This document shows, piece by piece, positions 20,854-31,003 of a DNA stretch of 64,000 nucleotides (within the stretch, counting starts at the first letter, position 1; every line of letters starts with the position of its first letter). The notes beneath the pieces are model-generated. The model ran no database searches and was not told the DNA's origin. It was given only the letters and a program-made list of their open reading frames with translations. The position numbers and the translations under genes are program-made. The stretch comes from a virus (taxonomy: Duplodnaviria; Caudoviricetes), in IMG/VR virus record IMGVR_UViG_3300028172_000069; one strand, written 5' to 3'.

Positions 20854-21363
20854 TTAGCCGTTCCTTTTGTTCTTGTCGTGGTTACCCTCGTTGGTTTCGA
20901 GGACCTGGGCACGCGCTGTCTTCGACTGCACAGTGTCTTCGCGCTGTGGACTGTCGGTGACAAGGCGCTCTTCCTTGACCGTGGTCTTGTCGTTCACGTC
21001 GGCAGTAGGCTGCGGCGTTTGGACTTGACCAGCGGTCTTGGCAACTTCTGCCTGCGCACGGGCTTGCGAGGCTTCGATGCGCTTGGTGTGGTCTGCCATG
21101 ATTTCTTTCGCCTTCTCAGCGTCGAGCGAGCGATGGCCGATCAAACCCTTGGCCTGATAGACCCAGTTCTTCGGCAACTTGTCGCGCTCACCGAAAGGCA
21201 GGCCGCCGTTCGGGTACGCAGGCAGGAACGACACATCGGCCTCGAAGTCTTTCTTGGCTTGGATGGTGGCGGCGCTCCAGATACCGTCGATGTTACCCTT
21301 GTAGTAGCCGAGATGGAACAGCACCAGCTGCTGCGCCATCATCTTCTCTTTGGTGATTTGCAT
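20854..21363 (-). CDS. peptidoglycan-binding domain protein (PG_binding_1-like), no catalytic domain seen
   Basis: QQLVLFHLGYYKGNIDGIWSAATIQAKKDFE matches the LGY...DG..G..T..A...FQ pattern. Confidence 0.75.
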   Translation of the reverse strand: MQITKEKMMAQQLVLFHLGYYKGNIDGIWSAATIQAKKDFEADVSFLPAYPNGGLPFGERDKLPKNWVYQAKGLIGHRSLDAEKAKEIMADHTKRIEASQARAQAEVAKTAGQVQTPQPTADVNDKTTVKEERLVTDSPQREDTVQSKTARAQVLETNEGNHDKNKRNG

Positions 21364-21407
21364 TGCACTCTCCTCAAGAGTCAGGGGACCGAAGTCCCCG
21401 TTCTCAG

Positions 21408-24400
21408 TTAGTTGCGTTTCTTGGCAGCGCGGAACTTGATTTCCGCAATCTCTGCCTTGAGCACGTCAGGCTCGGCAATGTTGATGCCCGCCGCTTTCAG
21501 CTCCTTGACCTTGGCATTCAAGTCAGCCTTGTTGGCAGGGAAGTACATCAGTGCGCCCGGAGACAGCTGCCATTTGGTCGCTGCACCTTCGATTGCTTTA
21601 CCAATGTGCTTCTTGATGATCGGCGAAGTAGCAACGTCGACCACCAGCATCACCTTGTCTTCCATGAAGAACGGATAGATGCGGACCTCTTTGCGATCCT
21701 TAACCATCTGCTTGCGCGTGGCGAAGAAGTGCGGCAGCTCATGCTGCGAAGCCAGCTCCATCTGATACAGACCACGTCGACCTTTAGCGAACGTTTTGAA
21801 GAACGCATCCAGTCGGTCGATCGTCTGATCGCTCAGGTGGAAGTTGTCCTCGATGTAGTCCATCACCTTGTTCGCCTGATCACGACGCTTCACGGTGATG
21901 AACGCATACTCGCCGATTTCCTTGAACTTGAACTTCTTCAACGCCTTGGTGTAATCCAAGTCGTCAGTCTCAAGCGTCAGGAAGCCGTGGTAATATGCCG
22001 GGGCCAACTTCAACGGAGTATCTTCCGTCTCCTCATCCTCACGACGTACGGTCGTAGGAATCTTCATGCCAGGGTCATACTTCACACCCTGATTGACAGG
22101 CTTGCCTTCCTTGATGTTGCGCGAACGTTTCTCGCCAGCGTCAATGGAGCGCACGCGAACGTTGGCTTGGCGCGTCTCACGCTTGTTGCGACGTGCCTCT
22201 TTCGCAGCTTCCTTCTGGTCCAGGAGTTCCTGATCCTTCGCTGCACGCTCTGCACGGGCAATGTCCGCTTTACGATAAGCCAGGCTCACCGCGAAGTTTT
22301 GCTCGATTGCCTTCTTGCTGATGACAGTCGGTGCGTAGACAATACCCATGTCGTTGAAGGTAACCAGCTCGCCAGTTTCCTTGAGCTTGATCTGCAGGCT
22401 GGAGATCGGGCGATCCTTGTTGACCACGCCTTCTTTCGCAGTGCCGACGTAGCGGACCTTGACCGAGACAACCATGCCGTTGCCCATGTCAGTAATCATC
22501 GGCTGACCGACGAGCGACTGTGGGTTGTCAACGTACGGCTGACCTTCTGGATCGCGCAGCAGCTTCGACAGCGGCAGCGGTTTCCAACCATTCGGGTCCT
22601 TGATGTTTTGCGCGGACACGAACGGGGTCTTGATCTGCGCACTGCCCTCGATGACCGGAGTCTGAGGAACAGGCAGCATTTCGGCAGGCTGAGTCACGCG
22701 CATTTCGTGGAACTCGGCACGCATGATGCCGTTGAGTTGCGCGTAGCTGTTCACGTACTTCTGGAAGTCATGCAAGGAAGGACGTTCCTGCAGCACGTTG
22801 GTGATCGACAGACTCACCTCAGGCAGCGCGTTCTTACCAAGCACGTCGTTGTACAGCGGGTTCTCGGCCTCGTCGAAGCGGGTCTTGTTGAAGACCTTAG
22901 CGATCAGACGTGCCTGCTTCGGTACTTCCATGGTGTTGTCAGCGAGCACCCAGTCGAGGAACACGACTTCGCGGTAAATCTCACCTTCAGCAGCGCCCTT
23001 AGGATCAGGACGGAAGATACGCGATGCAGACTGGTCGAGTTCACCTGGACCCCACGGCGATTCAACACGAATCAGGCGCGATGCGATCTGAAGGTTGTGG
23101 CCTTCGGACATGCCCATTTCGTTCGCAATGAGAATCTTCACCTTCGGGTCAGACTTGAAGGCGTTCAGGTTGCCCCACTTGTCCACTTCCTTACCCGTGA
23201 ACTTGACAGCCATTGCCTTGTACTTCTCAGGCAGCGCGTCGTATACAGCATTCACCGAGTTGGTGTAGCGGCAGAAGATGATAACCTTACCAGGCGGCTC
23301 CTTCTTCCAGATATCGTTGTTGTCCTCAGGGCGTTTGCCCATGGTGTCGCGAGGCAGCAACGCACGACGGTACGACGACTGATCCTGCTTACGAGCCAGG
23401 TACAGGTCACCCTTACGCGCAACGAGTTGGTACTCGGTGTAGATAACACCCGGGTCCCACTCAGGCGGATTGAAGTGATCTTTGACAATGCCAGCGATCA
23501 CGTTCGCCTTACGCGAGGTGTACTTCTTGATGCCGTACGCACCGAAGATTTTGGGGAACGCAGGGTCTTGCTCGGGCGCGATAATCAGCCGCTCGATACG
23601 TTGCAGGTACGCCTTGACAAGATCGGCGTCCAGCATGCCGAGTTCGTCTTCGTCGCCCAGCTCCATGTCCTGCGAGCGTTCGCCGTCTTCGGACGATTCC
23701 CCGTCGTCACCGTCATCATCATCGTCTTCGTCTTCATCAGCCGAACGAGTACGCTTCTTGGCGGCGGCCACGAGTTTTTGCAGTTCCTCCACAGACTCGT
23801 CAACAACGAGGTCATAGAGTTGGCGATGCAGTTCGCCTTTACGTTGCTCGTCAGCTGGATCGGTGTCCACATGGAACTTGACAGCGTGGAACTCTTCGAT
23901 CGGAGAAGGCAACATGAACGCCCACTCTTTCTTCTTCTTGGTGACAACTGCGGCGTAGCGCGACAGACGTTGCCGTGCGCGTTGCGGCGTGTTCACCTTC
24001 CACAGCTGGACAGAATCGTCACCCAGCGTCAGTGTCTCTTCCAAGGCCTCGGCCAAGTTCGAGCCAGCCAGCTCACCTTTACGGAAGATGTGCGGCGAGT
24101 ACAGCGCTACCTGGCCTTCAATGTCAGTGACACGGTCAGCAATCAGGGTACCGGTGGCGATACGCAGGTAGTCGATGAACGAAGCTGTGGTCAACTGCTT
24201 GACGACCTTGTGCTTCGCAGTCTTCTGCCCTTTCAGCTTGTGGCTTTCGTCGATGATGACGTAGTTGAACTTGAAGGCCTTGATGAACTCCAGGTTGGTG
24301 CCAACGTCGATCACGGCGTTACCGATAACCACCGACATCTTGTTGTTGCGCAGGAAGTTGAAACCTGCAACGCAGATGGTGTTCGGTGGCGCAGTCGCGA

Positions 24401-27350
24401 TGATTTCCTGCAGGCGGTCAGCACCCCAACGGTTGAAGATCGCACCGTTGATCGGGATCATGTTCCACGTGTCACCAGCGAACTGGCGCATGTCGTCACA
24501 CCAGTTGAGGATCAGACCGTCTGGGCAGAGCACCAGTGGCTTGACCTTCTTGTTGATGGACTGCAGGTCCTTGATGATACAGGCCATGTCGCCCAAACCA
24601 ATCGAGGTCTTACCGCCACCAGGCGCAATGTCGAGCACAGCAAACTTCGGCGGCTCTTTCTTACGCAGGAAGCGGTGAGTGTCCAGCTGGTGTGGGAACA
24701 CGGAGAACTTTTCGGTCGAGCCAGCGAAGTGAATGTCTTCCACACCGACGCTAGTGTCGCGCTCAATCGACTTGATGCCTTCTTCGGCTTCTGCCTCGAT
24801 GGCCTCGTAGTTCTGCGCGTACTTGCCGAAGACAATAGCAATCGGCTTGACCTTGTCGAGGATGGTGCCCGAGTTAGGACGTAGCGCAGTGCGCTTGACC
24901 ATCTTCGGAGTTTGACCTTCCTCGGCAATGTTTTCTTCGGTCACCATCGACTTCTCACCAGAGGTGAGTTGCTCAACGGTCAGCGAGTTGATGCCGTCCA
25001 GAATCTGCTTGAGGACGTTACCACCGATGAAGTTGAACAGGCGAGCGAAGTGATGCGCGGGGCTACGATCTGGAACGAAGTAGTCTTCGTGATCCGCGAT
25101 CTGTTCGTTCGTGGTGAAGTAGTCCATGTCGGCACCACCACTCTCACGCACGTCGTTGTATACCCACGAACCAGACTTGCCACTACACGCGTCGGTGGTA
25201 CGAGAAATCAGCTCTTGGAGAAGCTCGATATCCTTGTCCTGATTGCGGCCAGCGCCCTTGATTTCACCCGCCTCGCTCAGCAGACCTTTGTAGATACGGT
25301 CTTGGCGACGTGGGGTTTCCTCGTCGAGCTTCTGAATGCCCAGGTCGTTGAACGCTCTGGTAATCAGTTCCTGCAGGCCCGGCACTTCGTTCTTGTACGC
25401 GTGGAAGAAGTACGTCAGGAAAATGTCGTGGAACAGGCTATCCTTGATGAAACGGCCTGGTTCACCCGAGCTGCCGTAGTAGAAGCTCGGAGGGTTTTCC
25501 ATACCCAGCGGATCGGCGTGGGTCATGAGAGCCAATGCGTCGGCGAACGACTTCTGCATCGGCGCTTCGCCTTCCTTGGCCATGTTGTAGCCGAGGTAGT
25601 CAGCGATGGTCAACGCATCAGGTTTCACTGCACCGATCTGCTGGCGGCAACGCACGATGCCAGGACGACCAGAAGCGTACACACGGAGACCGTAGTCCCA
25701 GTCGTAGCTCAGCAGGCTGTCTTCAAAGCCGATCAGCTTCTTCCAGTTCTCCTGCACTTCCTGATAGACGTTGTACGGGATACCGTAACGCGCCAACTTG
25801 TCGTACGGTTCGCTGAACAGGCTGGAGCTGATGCCGTACTGCGCAGCGATCTTGCCCACTTCGTTACCCAGGCGTTCGAACTCCTGGATGCCAGTAACCT
25901 TGGAGCGATCAGCGGCAGTCGGCAGGTAGGCCAGGGTACCATCAGGTGCAACGTACAGACCGTCTTCGTTCGCACGGGTCGACTCAACGGACATACCGCT
26001 GGCCTTACGAGCGTCGGTGACAGCAGCCATCTTCGACACTGGCAGGACGTAGCGCGGGATGTTGCGAATCTTCATCCGGCCGTCGGTCAGGGCGTTCTTG
26101 GCAGACGTGCCCTTCTTGCGCAGGTACTGGGAAGCCCAGATGCTGAACCAGTTGTCGAAGGTGGTGTAATTGAGCTGCTCCGACTTCTCGGTTTGCGTGA
26201 TGAACGCGGCAGTCGGCTTGTCGAAGGTAAAGGTGATAGTCGAACCCACCTTACGGTTGAGCAGCGACGCCTCTTCGGTGACGTTGTCCTGCACACGCTT
26301 CTTGAGCAGGGTCTCCGAGTTGAGCAACTCTTCTGGCGGGTTGGTTGCCAGCAGGTCGCTGTACTCTTTCGACAGTGCTTCACCAGCCATGCTCTCCGCA
26401 TGCAACACCAGAGTCAGGCGGCAGAAGCGCTCGGCGAAGGTCTTGCCATCGCTACCGAAGGTGATGTTGTCGAAGAAGTTGACACCCAGATCAACACCCA
26501 GTTCCTTCTCAAGGATGGACTGGAGTTCGGTGAAGTCAAAGTACAGCGGCAGGTTGACGCGCTGCGGCTCGAACGATGCGTACTCTGCACTGGCGCCGAA
26601 CAGGGTAGCCAAGATACCACGCGCGGCCTTGATGACAGCCAGCGAGGTGTTGGTGCTGTACGACTGGAGCTTGTTCGAGTCGTAGCCCATCTGGGTACGG
26701 TTCGATTCCAGGTAGTCGCCATAGCCCAGGTCCGAGCACATCAGGATGGAGTCGTGCGTCGAGCGCAGCAGGTTGACGTCCACACCGCCAGCGTACGTGG
26801 TCGAAGGAGTCACCGAGTGCTTGTTGCCAGCCATCATCGCGCCAATGAGCGAGTACATCGACGCGGTCAGTGGGCTGGAGCCGTCAGCTTCGGTCTGCAG
26901 GATTTCACGGAAGCGGATAGCGTCAGCCGCCATTTCCTGAATGCGTGCAGTCCACTGAGGCTTGTTGCTTTCCATGGCGAACAGCGTGCGGCCGTTCTCC
27001 AGCAGGCGACGCATGAACGTGAACAGGACGTTCAGGCTGTTGGTGACCTCGGAGAGTTCTTTGAACAACTCCAGGATCGACGCGCGGCTCTTCCGGAAGA
27101 AGAATGCGTTGAAAGCCGAGTACAGCTTCGGTTCGAGGCTGACTGGTTGCAGCGACTTGATAAGCTGCGTGGAACCGACGTTGGAAAGCGACACCATGTT
27201 CGCTTCAAAGTCGGAATCTGGGGTTGACGCCAGCACCTTGTACATCTCGGCCAGTTCACTACGGAACTCACCTTCTCTCGCTTCGGCCTGCTGGGCATTC
27301 GCGAGGTCAATCGCCGCAGAAATGCGGTTCAATTCAAATGTGGAACCCAT
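21408..27350 (-). CDS. giant SNF2-family ATPase/helicase (~1980 aa) with ~870-aa unknown N-terminus
   Basis: LDIAPGGGKT, IIDESHKLK, IATGT, SEGHNLQIASRLIRVESPW...DQSASRIFR; SD GAGG before ATG 27350. Confidence 0.85.
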   Translation of the reverse strand: MGSTFELNRISAAIDLANAQQAEAREGEFRSELAEMYKVLASTPDSDFEANMVSLSNVGSTQLIKSLQPVSLEPKLYSAFNAFFFRKSRASILELFKELSEVTNSLNVLFTFMRRLLENGRTLFAMESNKPQWTARIQEMAADAIRFREILQTEADGSSPLTASMYSLIGAMMAGNKHSVTPSTTYAGGVDVNLLRSTHDSILMCSDLGYGDYLESNRTQMGYDSNKLQSYSTNTSLAVIKAARGILATLFGASAEYASFEPQRVNLPLYFDFTELQSILEKELGVDLGVNFFDNITFGSDGKTFAERFCRLTLVLHAESMAGEALSKEYSDLLATNPPEELLNSETLLKKRVQDNVTEEASLLNRKVGSTITFTFDKPTAAFITQTEKSEQLNYTTFDNWFSIWASQYLRKKGTSAKNALTDGRMKIRNIPRYVLPVSKMAAVTDARKASGMSVESTRANEDGLYVAPDGTLAYLPTAADRSKVTGIQEFERLGNEVGKIAAQYGISSSLFSEPYDKLARYGIPYNVYQEVQENWKKLIGFEDSLLSYDWDYGLRVYASGRPGIVRCRQQIGAVKPDALTIADYLGYNMAKEGEAPMQKSFADALALMTHADPLGMENPPSFYYGSSGEPGRFIKDSLFHDIFLTYFFHAYKNEVPGLQELITRAFNDLGIQKLDEETPRRQDRIYKGLLSEAGEIKGAGRNQDKDIELLQELISRTTDACSGKSGSWVYNDVRESGGADMDYFTTNEQIADHEDYFVPDRSPAHHFARLFNFIGGNVLKQILDGINSLTVEQLTSGEKSMVTEENIAEEGQTPKMVKRTALRPNSGTILDKVKPIAIVFGKYAQNYEAIEAEAEEGIKSIERDTSVGVEDIHFAGSTEKFSVFPHQLDTHRFLRKKEPPKFAVLDIAPGGGKTSIGLGDMACIIKDLQSINKKVKPLVLCPDGLILNWCDDMRQFAGDTWNMIPINGAIFNRWGADRLQEIIATAPPNTICVAGFNFLRNNKMSVVIGNAVIDVGTNLEFIKAFKFNYVIIDESHKLKGQKTAKHKVVKQLTTASFIDYLRIATGTLIADRVTDIEGQVALYSPHIFRKGELAGSNLAEALEETLTLGDDSVQLWKVNTPQRARQRLSRYAAVVTKKKKEWAFMLPSPIEEFHAVKFHVDTDPADEQRKGELHRQLYDLVVDESVEELQKLVAAAKKRTRSADEDEDDDDDGDDGESSEDGERSQDMELGDEDELGMLDADLVKAYLQRIERLIIAPEQDPAFPKIFGAYGIKKYTSRKANVIAGIVKDHFNPPEWDPGVIYTEYQLVARKGDLYLARKQDQSSYRRALLPRDTMGKRPEDNNDIWKKEPPGKVIIFCRYTNSVNAVYDALPEKYKAMAVKFTGKEVDKWGNLNAFKSDPKVKILIANEMGMSEGHNLQIASRLIRVESPWGPGELDQSASRIFRPDPKGAAEGEIYREVVFLDWVLADNTMEVPKQARLIAKVFNKTRFDEAENPLYNDVLGKNALPEVSLSITNVLQERPSLHDFQKYVNSYAQLNGIMRAEFHEMRVTQPAEMLPVPQTPVIEGSAQIKTPFVSAQNIKDPNGWKPLPLSKLLRDPEGQPYVDNPQSLVGQPMITDMGNGMVVSVKVRYVGTAKEGVVNKDRPISSLQIKLKETGELVTFNDMGIVYAPTVISKKAIEQNFAVSLAYRKADIARAERAAKDQELLDQKEAAKEARRNKRETRQANVRVRSIDAGEKRSRNIKEGKPVNQGVKYDPGMKIPTTVRREDEETEDTPLKLAPAYYHGFLTLETDDLDYTKALKKFKFKEIGEYAFITVKRRDQANKVMDYIEDNFHLSDQTIDRLDAFFKTFAKGRRGLYQMELASQHELPHFFATRKQMVKDRKEVRIYPFFMEDKVMLVVDVATSPIIKKHIGKAIEGAATKWQLSPGALMYFPANKADLNAKVKELKAAGINIAEPDVLKAEIAEIKFRAAKKRN

Positions 27351-27357
27351 GATAACC

Positions 27358-27744
27358 TCACGCTTTATGCCCACGGGAGTCGAGGATGGCTTGCCAGTAC
27401 GGCGGCACTGGTTGCGTCTGCTCGCCTGCAATCACGATCAGCACCTGCACGATGGACAGCCGAGTGATCGGCTTGAACTGCGCGAAGTATTTGCTATCGT
27501 AGGCGATGAACAGGTCAGTAACCCGCTCTTTGTGCAGCTGGTCGTACACCTGCTTCTTGAACGCGGTGACTTCACCATCGCTCGGCAGATTGTCCTCGGA
27601 AGGCATGCGCTCGTACAGTAGGTCTTGCTGCGCCGTAGCCAGAGCCTTGCTCAGCGTGTCCACGATCTTGATTGCGTCTGCGCTCTTGGCGTCGGCCGCC
27701 AAGTCCGTCAGAGCTTTCTGGACTTTATCAAGTGCTTCGCTCAT
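27358..27744 (-). CDS. hypothetical protein
   Basis: SD GGGAG before ATG 27744; coupled to the upstream stop. Confidence 0.65.
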   Translation of the reverse strand: MSEALDKVQKALTDLAADAKSADAIKIVDTLSKALATAQQDLLYERMPSEDNLPSDGEVTAFKKQVYDQLHKERVTDLFIAYDSKYFAQFKPITRLSIVQVLIVIAGEQTQPVPPYWQAILDSRGHKA

Positions 27745-28424
27745 GCGAAAACTCCCATCATTGATTTTCGCCAAAGTCCTTTTAGAGCAACGTCTAGGCG
27801 TTGGTAAAGAGGCACAATGACACCAAACTTCGCTTCATACTTGATGATCAGGTCTTTCTCGGTGCGTGCCATGAGCACACGTAAGTCCGGCGACTCAAAG
27901 GCAATGAAGAAGTCGCGATCCTTCATCGTCTGGAGCTTAGGAAACTTGCGCTTGTCACCGTTGGGCATGGTAGCCATCAGTTGAATGGGCATGTCCTTGT
28001 ACAGCAAACCTTGGGTACGCTGAATCAGGTACTTCAGGTCGAAACGCTGCGGCCGTAAAACGACTGTACCCACAAACGTGGGTTCAAAAGCGGCGCAGAT
28101 GCTTGCAGCTTCCGACAGCAAGATAGACTGCTGATGGGAGCGCACGCGCATGTGGTCAAGAATGTTGGTCTTACGCAGGAAGCCACGCAACAAACCCGAT
28201 GGCTTACGCACGTCCACGAAGTCGGTGACCTTGTTCGCGAGCCGTGTTCGTGCACCTGCCTGGTTGATGAGGATTCGGAAGCACTCTGGAACAGCCTTGT
28301 CCGAGTTAGAGTACACTCGAAGTTGGGAGACTGCCTTCATGTTCAAGAATGCGTCCCAAACAGGACGATAATCCTCAGTTACGTCCTTTGGAAACTCGAC
28401 GTCTTTCACGATTTTTAGCTTCAT
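27741..28424 (-). CDS. hypothetical protein
   Basis: Long ORF in a tightly packed run; start uncertain. Confidence 0.6.
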   Translation of the reverse strand: MKLKIVKDVEFPKDVTEDYRPVWDAFLNMKAVSQLRVYSNSDKAVPECFRILINQAGARTRLANKVTDFVDVRKPSGLLRGFLRKTNILDHMRVRSHQQSILLSEAASICAAFEPTFVGTVVLRPQRFDLKYLIQRTQGLLYKDMPIQLMATMPNGDKRKFPKLQTMKDRDFFIAFESPDLRVLMARTEKDLIIKYEAKFGVIVPLYQRLDVALKGLWRKSMMGVFA

Positions 28425-28749
28425 GGAGGATGAGGTTCTTGGCAGCTTTGTGGCTTGGACGTGCAGCATGGCAGTACGGACACAAGGCTCTCAAGTTGTA
28501 GAAGGCAGTCTGACCGCCTTTCGACACCTCGATGATGTGGTCAACCTGCAACCCGTACTCGGACTCAGGCCGACTGCACTTCTGGCACTTGTGTCCGGCA
28601 CGCCGTTTCACTTCTGCGCAGATAGCGGCCCAGGTCCAACGATCACCATATGACTGCTCCTTGGTGCGACGTATCTTCGCCACGGTGCTTGCTTTCTTCG
28701 GCCCCGAGGTGATACGCGCTTTCGATTTGTGGACCTTAGGCCGCTTCAT
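28375..28749 (-). CDS. HNH endonuclease
   Basis: CQKC...QVDHIIEVSKGG..AFYNLRALCPYCH. Confidence 0.9.
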   Translation of the reverse strand: MKRPKVHKSKARITSGPKKASTVAKIRRTKEQSYGDRWTWAAICAEVKRRAGHKCQKCSRPESEYGLQVDHIIEVSKGGQTAFYNLRALCPYCHAARPSHKAAKNLILHEAKNRERRRVSKGRN

Positions 28750-29606
28750 GTGAGTACCGTCCGTACACGCTCAAGCATGGCTTGGTAGCCCAATTGAATC
28801 TTGTCTGACTCGTCTTTACAGAGTCCTTTGAGGCTGGCGATCAACTGCTCTTGCTGGTCACGGCTCTTAACTGTGGCCTTGATGTTGGTGTGCATCTGGT
28901 AGAACAGGTGAACGAACGATTGGCCGACGAGCGTCAGGAAGGAGCCGTATGCACGGTTCTCCAGTTCCAGAATCTGCTGGCTCACGTCTTTCGCACTACG
29001 GATGTCCGCAATCACCTCTCGCATCTGCGAATACAGCGTGCTGAGTGCGTACACGTCCCGACCGTTAGGGTTGTCCAGCATCTTGTCCTCAAAGAGGCCG
29101 ATGATGGTCTGCAGGTTCTCGAACATTTCACGGTACTGCGAGTCAAACTCATCCGTGTTCTTGTCGAGTGGAACCATTGCGAATTCTTTGTCCAGCTTCT
29201 CCTTGCGCTTCACCATCTTGGTGACTTGGCGCATGGTTGCGTCGCCATCGACAGCGCGGATTTTCTTCTCCCGTACCCGTTTCTTCTTGGGCTCCTTGGG
29301 AACAGCTTCACCGTCTGCCTTTTTCTTCTTGTGAGAACGCTTTGGCTTCTCCGCAATGGCGAGGTCAAGGTCATCCTCAGGCTTTTTCTTCTTGTGCGAA
29401 CGTTTCTTCTTCGGAGCTTCTTCGGCATCAGCAACGAGCTTGGCTACGCGCTCCTTCTTGGCATCAGCCGAGGTGCGTTTCTTCTTACCCGTCTTGGCGC
29501 CACGTCGAGCATCGTCTGGAACGTCGCGATTTACAAAGCGTCCACGTTCGTCCACGTCGCCAGAGACGTCAAATTTAGAGTCTTTCGATCTTTTTGGCAT
29601 ACGCAT
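28746..29606 (-). CDS. hypothetical protein with Lys-rich N-half and helical C-half (possibly terminase small subunit-like)
   Basis: Repeated KKRSHKKKK segments and a helical C-terminal domain; coupled to the HNH gene. Function is a guess. Confidence 0.55.
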   Translation of the reverse strand: MRMPKRSKDSKFDVSGDVDERGRFVNRDVPDDARRGAKTGKKKRTSADAKKERVAKLVADAEEAPKKKRSHKKKKPEDDLDLAIAEKPKRSHKKKKADGEAVPKEPKKKRVREKKIRAVDGDATMRQVTKMVKRKEKLDKEFAMVPLDKNTDEFDSQYREMFENLQTIIGLFEDKMLDNPNGRDVYALSTLYSQMREVIADIRSAKDVSQQILELENRAYGSFLTLVGQSFVHLFYQMHTNIKATVKSRDQQEQLIASLKGLCKDESDKIQLGYQAMLERVRTVLT

Positions 29607-29658
29607 GACCTAAAAAGGGGAACCCGGAGGCTCCCCTTGACCGCTAGGAAGCCACTGA

Positions 29659-30522
29659 TTAACGAACGTGGCTGGTGAAGCGAGCCCAGAACTTCTCGAA
29701 GTATTCCGGACGGCGAATGAACATCTTGCGGTAGTATTCGCGGATGCGCTCGATGCTCAGGCTACCAGCAGCCACGGCCTCGAACTCGGCAGTCTCGTCG
29801 GCTTCGATATCGGCAGCTTTGACGCAGGCAACGACCAAATTGCGGTCGATCTGCTCCATGTCGTTTTCACGGTCAACAACCAGCAGCACGCTGGCAGTCG
29901 ATTCTTCGGTCTCGTACACAGAGGCCAGAGCGAAGCCCATGGTGACGCGGCCGTCGTGGTTGACGTAGGTGATCAGGTCACCGCCTTCGACTTCGTTACG
30001 CGCGGTGCCGAGATTGGCAGTCGCCACGGAAGTTTCACGTTCCCAGGTGGTGGACGAGGCGACGCACTGCATCAGACCCTTCATGACTTCCAGATCATCG
30101 CCGGCGTGCGACTTGATCAGGATTTCGCCAGCGTCGGTCTTCTTCGCGCTCCAGAGACGCTCCTCGGAATCGAGGTACATGTTGGATGCGATGGACTCGA
30201 ACTGGTCACGGTTTTCGTCGGAGAGCACGATGCGCTCTTGCAGCAGACCAACAACACCTTCGATGGTCTTGGTGGTGCCGTCAGACGCTACGGTGACGAA
30301 GGTGCCTTCGATCGGAGACAGCTTGCCGTTCAGCTTGCGTACGGCGGCTGCGATATCGGTAGCACTGGCAGTAGCCAGAATGGTGCCGGTGATGCGAGCG
30401 AACTTGTTACCAGCGCAGGCAGTAGCGCGACGCAGGTTGAGTTCAGGGCCGCCTTTGCGGACAGTGCGAATTGCTGCGGTGACATTGTTGCGGGCGTGTT
30501 TATGTGCGGACATGGTGGACAT
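29659..30522 (-). CDS. hypothetical protein, probably virion structural
   Basis: Strongly GC3-biased ORF followed by a terminator-like hairpin at about 29614-29638. Confidence 0.7.
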   Translation of the reverse strand: MSTMSAHKHARNNVTAAIRTVRKGGPELNLRRATACAGNKFARITGTILATASATDIAAAVRKLNGKLSPIEGTFVTVASDGTTKTIEGVVGLLQERIVLSDENRDQFESIASNMYLDSEERLWSAKKTDAGEILIKSHAGDDLEVMKGLMQCVASSTTWERETSVATANLGTARNEVEGGDLITYVNHDGRVTMGFALASVYETEESTASVLLVVDRENDMEQIDRNLVVACVKAADIEADETAEFEAVAAGSLSIERIREYYRKMFIRRPEYFEKFWARFTSHVR

Positions 30523-30534
30523 TGGCTGTCTCCG

Positions 30535-30984
30535 TTAGTCGAGGGTGTAGACCGTTTTATTGGCCGAGTTTTTCGTTGCACGCAGCTTCTGCCGACGTGG
30601 CTTCACGCCAGCATCAGCGAGGCCAACGTGTACCCAGCTACCGAACTCTTGAATGACCTGATCGAATTCCAGATCAGAGTCGCGGATAGCCACGTACAAC
30701 TGCTCAACGGTCATGCCCGGCACGCGGATATCAGCGGCCAGAGCTTTCGAGTGGCTGGAGGTACTGACACCGCCAACCATACGATTCAGTGCATCACCGC
30801 GGTAACCCGAGGTGATATCAATGCGCTTCAACTGCATGGAATCGCGCAGCTTCTGCAGGAACTCTGCGAGGCGTTGGATGTTCGGCAGCAGCGCCTTGGG
30901 CACGGTGTTGTCGAGCCCATGTTGAGTAGCGGTATCCGAACGCTCGAACTCAGCGAGCTTGAAGTTGGGAGTGAGTTGCGACAT
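30535..30984 (-). CDS. peptidase M15A (D-Ala-D-Ala carboxypeptidase-like; endolysin candidate)
   Basis: SD AAGGAG before ATG 30984; ITSGYR...SSHSKALAADI...WVHVG zinc-ligand pattern. Confidence 0.88.
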   Translation of the reverse strand: MSQLTPNFKLAEFERSDTATQHGLDNTVPKALLPNIQRLAEFLQKLRDSMQLKRIDITSGYRGDALNRMVGGVSTSSHSKALAADIRVPGMTVEQLYVAIRDSDLEFDQVIQEFGSWVHVGLADAGVKPRRQKLRATKNSANKTVYTLD

Positions 30985-31003
30985 TGGCTGTCTCTCCTTG
31001 AAA

